From Neocallimastix sp. 'constans' (taxonomy: Eukaryota): a stretch of DNA of 64,000 nt. The position numbers and the translations under genes are program-made. Shown here one piece after another: positions 53,279-64,000 of the stretch (positions are counted from its first letter, which is position 1; every line of letters begins with the position of its first letter). Under the pieces are notes generated by a model that did not search any database, had not been told where the DNA came from, and saw nothing but the letters and a program-made list of their open reading frames with translations. The stretch spans positions 62,001 to 126,000 of the forward strand of contig JBODTK010000011.1 in NCBI GenBank assembly GCA_050613775.1, written 5' to 3'.

Positions 53279-54940
53279 TGTATTTATATTTTCCCTTTAT
53301 TATATTATAATTACTATTTCTATTTATTTAAACATATATTCAATATAAAATAAACAAAAAGAAATCTAAAATTAAATAAAGTTATAAAATAATTATAGCT
53401 AATACAATAAACTTTTTATTTCAATTTGTTTCAACTCAAATTGAAAAAGTGCTTATTTATTATTTATTTATTATTCTTTTATTGTCAATATTATTAATTA
53501 TATTTTTACTATTTAATATTATGATTATTAAACAAACTAAAATTAAGCTAAACTAAAATTATTAAAATATTTTATTACTAAATTTTAAATTATTTAGAAA
53601 TTAATTTTATATTTCTAAATTTATCGATCATAAAAATTATTTATTATTAAATTGAATAAATCAATTCATTTCATAAATTAATATTATTTTACATAATTTA
53701 ATGTATTAGCATTATTTTGTAAACGTGAATTAAATAATTTAATGTACAAAATAAATTAATATATTAAAAATATTGATCATATCTTTACAATCTCGCCTTT
53801 TAAGTCGAACTACTGTGAGAATCATTTCTTGAGGGAAGTTCTATTACAAAGGTTTGATATTTATTTCTTCAATGTAATCATTTACATTATCATTCTCAAT
53901 AGATTCTTGATCCTTTGTTCTTGTTTTATTTTTCTTATATTTTTTCTAAAATGTTCTTGAATCAATTGTTTATCAGAAATTTGATCTTCATCTTTCCAGG
54001 AGTCTTCATTTGATCCTTTCCAACAGATAAGAAAACGATTCTTTCCTTTATTAGCTTCATATTAACTATTTTATCTGGAATCATATTAAAATTATTTGTA
54101 AATTTAAACTCTTTCTTCTATTTACATTTCTATCTTAAAATTTGTTTTCATAATAAGGATCAAGAAACATAAAAATTGGATGGCAATGTATATTATTAGG
54201 TAGTTTAACTTTGTACTCTAAAGGACTAACCTTTTCAATTATTTCAAAAGGACCTGTTAATTGTTCGGCAAGTTTTCTTTTAACATTTTTTGTAGTAGAT
54301 CCTTTAAGTAACCAAACTTTTTTACCTACTTCGAAATTAGGGGAAGGAAGTCATTTCAAATCAGTATATTTTTTATAAGTTTTCTTAGATTCTAAGTTTC
54401 TTTTTAAAAATTCAATGTTTATATTAATATCTAATATCCTTTTTTCAACTCTACTTGGTCTTTCTAAGGATGGAATCTCAGGACTAAACTTAGGATTAAA
54501 ACCATAGTTTGCGAAGAATGGTGATTGATATATTGATTAATGTAAAGTATTGTTAAAAGCAAATTCAGCGAAATGTAGTAAATCGACCCAATTATTTTGT
54601 CTTTCATTTATGAAAAAAAGAAGATATTGTTCCAATATTCTGTTCACCCTCTCAGTTTGACCATAAGTCTCCTGATGGTTGGAGGTAGAAAGAGAATGAG
54701 CAATATCAAGAAGATTACATAATCGATTCCAAAATTTAGATGTAAATTGCGATCCTTTATAAGAAATAATAAAATAAGGGAACCATGTAACTTAAAAATA
54801 TTCAAGACAAAAGCATCAGGAGCAAATGAAGCAGTACGAAGACGACGAAAAGGAATAAAATGAGCCAATTTAGTCAAACGATCAACAACAACCATTATCG
54901 TGGTCATATCTTTGGACTTAGGTAATTCAACAATAAAATA
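53279..54940 (-). mobile_element. 3' end of a chromodomain-bearing Gypsy (chromovirus): integrase relic, PPT, 3' LTR 53279-53789
   Basis: VVVDRLTKLAHFIP; TGPFEIIEKVSPLEYKVKLP..HCHPIF; chromo-like RFLICWKGSNEDSWKDEDQI; purine tract AAAAGGCGAGA before TGTAAAG. Confidence 0.88.
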
Positions 54941-55713
54941 TTAATAAATTTGATAATAATATTTCAATGTATGAATTAGTTATAATTTAAATGAATTTAT
55001 AATTATCAATAATTATAAAGACTAAGAAATATAATTAATAAATAATTAATATTTCTTACATTTTGGTAAAGAATGAATTAATTACCTTTATTTTGTTATA
55101 AAATATTATTAATAATTCTTTACTTACTTTCCTATATTCTTGATAACCTAAACCAAATTATAAAAATAATTTATTTTGATATAAATTAAATTTAACTTTG
55201 TAAATAATATTAAATCAATCCTAATTAATTAATTTATTATATTATTAAACATAATTTTATTAAAATTCTATTGTAAATATTAAAAATTATATACTGATAA
55301 AGTACGCCTATAGGTTCAAGTTCTCTTGTTGGGAGAAGTTTTATTTAGGTTGTTATTTAATTATAAATTTTTATTTATATATTATTTAAAAATAATTGTA
55401 AAATTAATACATGTATTTAATTATTATCTCGAAAATATAAAAGAATTATAAAATCAATTTGGCATAAAACTGTGCAAAGAATAATTATTAAGAATTATTC
55501 TTGTTTTCATATTTGTAATTCATAATAAACTATTTAATTAATAAATTCTCTTAGAATAACTATTAAGTATTTAAAGTATTTAATATAAAGTATAAAATAA
55601 AATATAAAATATTAAAATAAAATATTCATAAAATATTAATAAAAATATAAATTTATTATAATTAATAAAATATTAATATAAAATAATAATTATTAAAAAT
55701 AATTAAAAATATA

Positions 55714-58604
55714 TGTTGAAAATAAAGTTTAATATTATTCCTATTTTATTATTAATTATATAGTTATACAAATTTATATATAGTAAAATTTATTATGTAT
55801 GTAAATATGGCTTGCTACATTATAAATATTTATGTAATACATTTATGATTCATGTAATGTTATTGTTATGATATATTAAAATGTATATCATATTATTTTT
55901 AAGAAATGAAGTTAATAAAGTAATTTTAAATTGATCAATTTCCATTTAATTTTCAAAAGATTAAGAGTCTCAATTTGACTCATACTACTTATTAATTACC
56001 ATATGTAAATCGCTTTTATATATTTAAATCGTCGTCTTTATATTTAACTTTGCCCAAAAAAACCGTTTTCCTAAACTATAAAAATTTTACATAAAATTTA
56101 TTTATAAAACCATTATTAACATTAAAATGGAAGAACCACGCAATAGAGGTACCAAAACAATCCTCGGAGAACCCAATTCAAATTTCAAAATTTGGGATGA
56201 TGAACTTTACAATCTTTTAAGTGAATTAGATCTTGAACATCATATCGAAAAAGAAGTCCTTAAAAGAATTGATAAAAGTACAATTATCCCTTCAAACTTA
56301 AATAAATATCGTCCAACAAAAGGAGATAAAACTAAAGTTTATGCTTTGGATACTAAAGATGAAGACATTAAAAATGACATTAAAGTTAAAAATATTATTT
56401 TGAATAGTATTAATAACGAACATAAATTAAGTTTAAATTGTAAGGGTGACACAGCGTATGATATTTACAATACATTCTGTGAAACCTATACTCACACAAT
56501 TAATGAAAGAAAAGAAATTTTAGAAAATGAATTAAATGAATTATTCTTTGAAGAAAATGAAAAAGGAATGTCTTTGTTTATTGCTTCCATGAATAATAAA
56601 TTTGCTGAATTAAGAAACCTAGGAGTTGAATAGACTGACAGAGAAAAATTTGACTATTTATTCAACGCACTTCCCGAAAAATTAATATTATTATCAAATT
56701 TACTCAATTATAGCAACAACTGGAAAAAATGTTGTACAAATATCATTGAAACCCATCAGCATGCAAAGCAATTGTATATCAAAAGAAATAAAAAATTAGG
56801 GAATAATAACAAATCAACAAATAAATCTGCAAGTTCGAATACAGAAGCAAACTATTCCCAACAAACAAACAACAAGAAAAACATAAGATGCCAAATCTGT
56901 AAGAAAAAGGGACATACTGCGAATAAGTGTAAATAACAGATACTTCAGATCTAATGAAGATAAATCAAGTAATAGCAATGACAATAACAATAATTATAAG
57001 AAAAACAATAGTAAAAATAATAATAAATATAACAGAAAGCATAAAACTAATGGAGGACAATCAAATATTGCTATGAAAGATGAAGAATTAAATCCTGAAC
57101 AATATGTTAACTTCTCACTTGACTATGACACTGATATCGAATTAACAAAACAAGTAAATTACGCCAAAGAACTTAATAAAGAATCTAATAATGGACATTA
57201 GATTCAGGAGCGTCATATCATATGACACACAACCTTGGATGTTTACAAAACATTCGTAAACATCAAGAAATTATATCTTTCGCTGATGGAGGGACTGTGA
57301 AATCATGATATATAGGTACATTTATAGGATATATTAATGAAAGTAAAATTATACTAAAAAATGTACTATATATTCCAAGTTTTAAAAGAAGTTTAATGTC
57401 TATCCATAAATTATGTAACCAATATTTTAAAATCTTATTTTACAACCATAATAACAAAAACAAAGTTTCAATATTGGACAAAAATGGTAATAAAATATGT
57501 TCGGTAAATTCAACAAACTACAATATATATAAAATCTGGTCCTTTAAATATAAAATAAACTTTAAAGAAAAATTAAATAAGTATACTGCTTGTGATAGTA
57601 TACAAAACGTAGAAAATGAAGATGTCTTAGAACTTTGGCATAGAAGACTAGGACATTTTAACATTGATAAAATAAAGGACAGATTACCGAATATAAAAAT
57701 AAATAATAAGTGTAAAGTATGCTCAGAAGCAAAACTTAGAAACTTCCCTTATTATTTATCTCAAAACAAAACAAAAGAAATATTTGAAATGATTCATATG
57801 GATACTGTTCAATATTCTGATGAATCATTATATGGTAATAAATATTTCTTTACAATAATGGACGATTACTCCAGATATGGGTGGGTTTTCTGTGTAAAAT
57901 CAAAAACAGATATCTTTCCAACCTTTCTAAAATGGTATAATACAATTAAAAATATTTTTAACAAAAACATAAAATATATAAAATCGGACATAGGAACAGA
58001 ATTTTATAATTATCAATTTGATGACTTTTGTATAAAGAATGGGATTATACAATTATCAAGTATTCCAAAAAACCCACAACAAAATGGAAAGGCAGAGCGT
58101 TTTCAACAAACTCTTATTCATGCTTCAAGAGCACTTTTACGTGACGCCCGTTTAAATTACAGATTTTGGGAAGACGCTATTAAAACAGCAAATTATATCC
58201 ATAATAGACTTCCACACAGAGGTATAAACAATAAAATACCTTATGAGATTTTATATGAAAATAAAGGCAAAAAGGTCGATTATAATAAATTAAAGGTTTT
58301 CGGTTGTCAAGTATTCTTTTATGTACCAAAACAATATAGAAAAAAGTTTGAAAATTCTACACATCCCGGAATTTTCATAGGATATAATATCAATCCAACA
58401 GCATTCATAATATATGATAAAATAAACAATAAAGTTATATTAGCTAAAGCTGTTGAATTTTTCGAAGATATCCCCGGATGTACAAAGGCCACTTCTTCTA
58501 TTCCAGAAATTGAGGACTTTACTAATGACAACGAAAATGATAATAATAGAGTAGACTTTCATAATTACTCTTATAGAGATAATAATGATATTAATAATAA
58601 TAAT

Positions 58605-58653
<49 letters not shown>

Positions 58654-61600
58654 GTGATGACGAAAATGATGACAATAATGATAATAATAATAATATAAGT
58701 AATAATAATTATGATGATCATAATAATAATAAAATTATAAAAGTTCCTTTTGAAGTTCCCTCAAATGATATTTCAAATGAAAATAATAATAATAATTTTA
58801 ATTATTATAATACCTATCCAAATAATTTATATCAAAATTTTGATTTATATAAATTAATATATGATCCAAATAAAATTTTATATGATCACAATAAAAAATT
58901 TTTTTTATTATAATAACCAATACAATAATTCAAACCCACTTTATTATTATAATAATAATAATTTTATTCCAAATTATTATAATCCTTTTATTTTAAATCC
59001 TCACATTACATTAAATCCCCACATAAGGAATTTTAGAAATTTTGATCATCATAATTATATTCAAAAAGAAAATAATAATTACTTTCAAAATGAATATAAT
59101 GATTATTTGAATTTAAATAATAATTTAAATAATAATTTAAATAATAATTTAAATAATAATTTAAATAATAACTTAAATAATTTAAATAATAATTTAAAAA
59201 ATTTAAATGATAATAATTTATTAAATAATAACAAAACGAATTCAAATCCAATAAATCTATTCACTGAAAATGAGAATAAAAAAGAAGACATTTTAAATAA
59301 CAATAAAGAAGAAGAAAATATAAATAAGAAAACAGGAAATGAGTTAATACAAAACGAAGCTGTAAGTAAACAAAACAAAATGAATTTAGATAAAAAAGAA
59401 AATATAATTTTAAATAATTTAAATGTAAATAATATAGCTGAAAATAAAGAATCAAAAAATAAACAAAAAGAAATTTCAGGATTAAAACAAGAATTGAAAA
59501 CAAAACGGAAGAAAGTAACGGAATTCAAAATAATAAACAGAAAGAAGAAGAATTGACTGCTTTAAATGAACTAAATTTAAATAATAAATTTAATGATTCC
59601 ATTTCGAATTTTAATTCTAAAAATGTAAACAATCAATTAAATAAAAAGATAAACAATGAAAAAAATATTCAAATAAATAATGATAATGGAAAATTTAACA
59701 ATAATTTAAATTTAAATAATAAAAATTTCAAATAAACAATCCAGAAATAATTTAATAAGTCAAATTAACAATCACAACATAAAAAATAATTATAAAAACG
59801 AGGATAAAAATATAAAAAATAAACAAAATGATAATTTTCGTCCAAACATAAAAAACATAAATTTAAATTTAAACACAAATGATAATTCAAACAATTTGAT
59901 TATTAACAAAAATAATTCAAGAATTAAAAGGAAGAACAAAGAAAATAGATATAATAAAAATAATAATGAAGAAAATAAATTATCTGATATTGAAGTAGAA
60001 GATAAAGAAGGTAAGAAAAGAAAACAAAAGGACAAAAAATTATAAAGCAAAAAGAAATTAAAAATAATTAAAAAAGATAATAAAAATAAATTAAATAATT
60101 TAAATGAATATAGTCTAAAATATGACAAAAATTTCGCCTTTAATAGCACAGTTTTATTAAGCGAACCAAAAAATTTTAAAGATATATTTAATAAAAGTGA
60201 TAAAGAGCTGTGGCTGGAAGCTCTAAATAATGAATTTAATAATTTAGAAAAGTTAAAAGTATTTACAAAAGTAAACAAAGTTAAAGAGGGGACCAATATA
60301 ATTACCCCTAGAATAATATTTAAATATAAATTAAAACCTGACGGCAATATCGATAAGAGAAAAGCCAGAGTTGTCGCTCGTGGTTACTCACAAAAGGAGG
60401 GAATAGATTTTGATAAGACTTTCTACCCTACATTACGACAAAAATCACTAAGATTACTCACAGCACATAGTGTACAGAACAATTTTAAAATTCAACAATT
60501 AGATATAAAAACAGCATATTTGAACACAAAACTAGAAGATATCTACATGTATCCTCCAGAAGGTCACATAGATTATAAAAAATGTATTTGGAAATTGAAT
60601 AAAGCACTCTATGGACTTAAACAATCTGGTCGCGCCTGGAACAAATTAAATAATAAGTTATTAAAAATTAAATTTAAAAGATTAATAAGTGATCCTTGCA
60701 TTTATGTTAAAAAGGACACAAATAATAAAATAATTTGTTTAATTGGAGTTTATGTAGATGATATATTATTAGCAGGTACAGATTTCGAAATTAATAAAAC
60801 AAAATCATTACTAACCAAATATTTCGAATCATCTGATTTAGGTGAAATAAATATATTATTGGCATTCAATTTGAAAAATTAAAGGATGGTTATTTAATCC
60901 ATCAAGAAAAATACACAAACGACATTTTAAATAAATTTAAATTTAATGAATTAAAACCGATATCAAATATGATGCCTACTCAAGATATAAAATTGAAAGA
61001 AAAACTATTTAATACGAAAAAATATCAACAAGTAATAGGGAGCCTCCTATATCTGGCAACATGCACAAGACCAGATATATTATTTGCAGTAGTGAAAGCA
61101 TCCAAGAATGCAAGTAAGCCTTCACTATATGATTGGGAAAATGTAAAAAGGATTATAAAATACTTGAAAGGTAATCCAAACTATGGCATAATAATGATAC
61201 TAGGAGATCTACTACTGGTTATTTTATCAATTTTGATTCAGGCCCCATCAGTTGGTATTCAAAATTACAACAATGCATAGCATTATCAACGGCAGAAAGT
61301 GAATACTATGCAATTGTTGAATGTGCAAAAGAATGCTTATGGTTAAAAAATGTATTCAATGAATTAGGAATAAAAAATAAAGAAATGGTAATTAATTCAG
61401 ACAATCAAGCAGCTATTTTTAATTGTGAAAATAATACGACTAACCCAAAATCAAAATACATCAATATTAGATATCACAAGATTAGAGAATTAATTGAAAA
61501 TAACATTATTAAAATTAGATATATAAAAACAACAAATAATTTAGCCGACGGTTTTACAAAATTCTTAAATGGAAAGTTAATGAATAATTTTAGAAATAAC

Positions 61601-61897
61601 TTGCTAACAAAATTTTAAAATAATATCAAACTTTAGGAGGGATGTTGAAAATAAAGTTTAATATTATTCCTATTTTATTATTAATTATATAGTTATACAA
61701 ATTTATATATAGTAAAATTTATTAAGTAAATTTATGTATGTAAATATGGCTTGCTACATTATAAATATTTATGTAATACATTTATGATTCATGTAATGTT
61801 ATCATTATAATATATTAAAATGTATATCATATTATTTTTAAGAAATGAAGTTAATAAAGTAATTTTAAATTGATCAATTTTCATTTAATTTTCAAAA
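55714..61897 (+). mobile_element. Ty1/Copia element B, structurally complete, coding region disrupted
   Basis: LTRs 55714-55958 and 61643-61897 (about 4 substitutions and one 10-bp indel); 5-bp TSD ATATA; PBS 55959-55972; PPT AGGAGGGA 61635-61642. Confidence 0.97.
56127..61618 (+). pseudogene. gag-pol: Copia-B gag-pol
   Basis: gag 56127-; knuckle CQICKKKGHTANKC; DSGASYHM; WHRRLGH; DDYSRY, SDIGTEF, QQNGKAER; LYGLKQSGRAWN, YVDD; ADGFTK; several stops and frameshifts. Confidence 0.95.
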
Positions 61898-62131
61898 ATA
61901 TAATAAAATAAAAATCAATATAAAAATAATAAAAATAATAAAAAGAAATTTATAAATTATTTCAATTTTAACATAACATAAAATTTATTACATAAATTTT
62001 ATATTTACATTAATTTTTATGTTCTTTCATAATTTTATGTCTTTACATAATTTTAATGATCTAAAACAAATATGTGTAGTAACATATTTGTATATTTAAT
62101 AATAATTATTAAATATTAAATTTATATCTTT

Positions 62132-62622
62132 TGATAATAATTTTTATAATATATTATTAATTATTTATTATTATATTATAATTACTATTATAATATATAT
62201 TAAATTACATATTATTTTATAATATATTATATTATATTATTTTTTTTATAATTATATATTATTATATTAAAATATAATAATATTTTTATATTTAACTTTA
62301 ATAGGATTTTTATTATATTATACAATATATTATTATGTATTATTTTATATTTATTTTTTATTTTACATATAATATACATTTATTATTTAAATATAGATAT
62401 TGTATTCTTATATATATATAATTTATATTATATGTTTAAAATATATTTCATACTATTAAATTTTATAATTTTAAAATGTAATTTCTTAATAATAACCAAT
62501 TTCTAATAAATTAATTTAGAAAAGGGGTTTTTTTAGTTTTTAGGAAAAGGAATAATAAATTAAATAAAGATATAACTATATTATTATAATTAAAATATAG
62601 CACATAAAAGTCCCGTATATCA
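62132..62622 (+). repeat. 5' LTR of the Gypsy element at the right edge (left boundary tentative)
   Basis: TGATA...TATCA, followed after 5 nt by a PBS. Confidence 0.6.
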
Positions 62623-62627
62623 AAAAT

Positions 62628-62642
62628 TGGTGGAGATATCGG
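62628..62642 (+). promoter_or_regulatory. Primer binding site, tRNA-Ala
   Basis: TGGTGGAGATATCGG, same as the minus-strand motif at 7075-7089. Confidence 0.8.
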
Positions 62643-62774
62643 TGATGTGCAATAATATAGTTGTATTATTTTTATAAGTGTTTTATTAAGAGATATATTT
62701 TTATTATAATTATTTTCCTGTGTTAATTTATTAAGTTTAAATAAAATATTAGTTGAAAATTAATAATTACGCGT

Positions 62775-62822
<48 letters not shown>

Positions 62823-63110
62823 ATATATATATTTTATTTTATTCTTATTAATTAAAGGCAGCTGGGAATTTGGACCAGGATAAAAACGAATAAGTCTTTA
62901 ATTACTATTTAGATTTAGTTAATAGTGATAAGTTAGTTAATTAATTGTAATATTTTATTTGTAATTAAAGATAACTGGGAGTTTGAACCAGTATAAAAAC
63001 GAATAAGCCTTTAATTATTAACTATTAGTTTATTATAAAAAAAAAATAATAATAATAATAATAATAATAGAAGTAATAAATAGTATTAATTAGTAAATTA
63101 ATTAATAAGT

Positions 63111-63144
<34 letters not shown>

Positions 63145-63350
63145 ATATATATAATAATAATAAATAATAATTATAATAATATTAATATTGATAATAATAC
63201 TTAGTAACAAAAATAAATAGTAAAAATTTTTAATAGTGATAAAATATATATTTAATTTTATAAATTATTGAACGCGTTTTATTAGTTAATAAGACTATAT
63301 ATTATTGTATTTATATATATATACTACTCATTATTTGGAATTTCCTTAAA

Positions 63351-64000
63351 ATGTCAAGTTCACCTACTACTTCGACAACTCTAGTGGATAACGATGATGT
63401 CGATACTAGAACTCTACCAAGGATTGGAGGTGTTCATAAAGATGCAGAAATTTGGAAGTTTCGTATTACTGACTGGTTTAGAAGGGAACGTATTGTAACG
63501 GATGCAGGAAAATTCAGTTATATCATTGCATCCTGTGAGGATGATATAGTTCGTGTACTTCATATGGAACAAGTCAAGTTGAATCGGATTCTAACACTAG
63601 ATGAATGTGTATACCTAATTAAAAAGAAATATTGGAGAGAAAATCTGAAAGAAGACAAATTAAGACAAATTAAGAAAATTATGATCAATTCAAATGAAAG
63701 TATTTACGACTTTAATACTAGATTCTTAGAGTTATATGATCAATTAGATTCCGCAGACCAATCTTCCTTCTCAGTGATCGACTATGAAAATGCCTTGAGA
63801 CCTCGTAGTAGAATTTATGAAAGAATCGCCATGGCTGAAGCTCCTGACCTTGAAACTGCCTGTAAATTAGCTGAGAAATATGAAAATATATTAACTCAAT
63901 CTCAAGGAAACCAAGAAATGTGGGGTCCTTATGGTAATATCAATAATTATAATAGAAGAAATAATTTTTCCCAATCTGGTAGATCAAACTTTAATAATGC
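63351..64000 (+). CDS. gag: Retrotransposon Gag, open to the window edge (absent from the ORF track)
   Basis: ATG at 63351 with no stop for 216 codons: MSSSPTTSTTLVD...WKFRITDWF...NESIYDFNTRFLELYDQL...DLETACKLAEKYE; MHR-like ESIYDFNTRF; downstream of LTR and PBS. Confidence 0.85.
   Translation, partial: MSSSPTTSTTLVDNDDVDTRTLPRIGGVHKDAEIWKFRITDWFRRERIVTDAGKFSYIIASCEDDIVRVLHMEQVKLNRILTLDECVYLIKKKYWRENLKEDKLRQIKKIMINSNESIYDFNTRFLELYDQLDSADQSSFSVIDYENALRPRSRIYERIAMAEAPDLETACKLAEKYENILTQSQGNQEMWGPYGNINNYNRRNNFSQSGRSNFNN

Larger units (their letters stand above)
55272..62126 (+). repeat. Family X LTR-like repeat interrupted by Copia-B
   Basis: TGTAAAT start with the GGTTC..GGGAGAAGTT core at 55311; the segment after Copia-B (61903-62126) matches the 3' part of 29790-30401. 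Confidence 0.7.

Noticed and set aside
34256..55972. tRNA-Lys genes at the GACTCTTAATC motifs
   Set aside because: Only the 14-nt anticodon-arm match is present, with no D arm, T arm or acceptor stem; interpreted as PBS
62849..63017. Hammerhead or HDV-like ribozyme
   Set aside because: Both copies read CUGGGA rather than CUGANGA and CGAAU rather than GAAA; the HDV nested pseudoknot cannot be built

Overview
Extremely AT-rich eukaryotic DNA. Composition and the element and gene types suggest an anaerobic gut fungus (Neocallimastigomycota), but that is inference. The window is a nested retrotransposon graveyard with no recognisably intact host gene. It holds a degenerate Ty3/Gypsy element (1692-~6900) and three copies of a 1.0-1.3 kb TGATACGGG...CCCGTATCA element, each with its own 4-bp TSD. 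It also holds several solo-LTR families, a structurally complete Ty1/Copia (55714-61897), a near-complete Copia on the minus strand (48247-53270), many Copia and Gypsy remnants (one with a chromodomain), a MULE transposase relic, and the 5' part of a Gypsy with an open gag at the right edge. Non-TE relics are an ABCA transporter pseudogene, a Ser/Thr-rich toxin/B-lectin-like pseudogene and a divergent RNA polymerase largest-subunit C-terminal fragment that looks viral. The strongest observations are: (1) five PBS motifs match the anticodon arm of tRNA-Lys (half-tRNA priming), four at the head of Copia coding sequence; (2) the LTR ends next to them are TA/AA rather than CA; (3) elements repeatedly land within 4-14 bp of another LTR's terminus; (4) covarying hairpin arrays and a pseudoknot occur in non-coding TE regions; (5) the virus-like RNAP relic.
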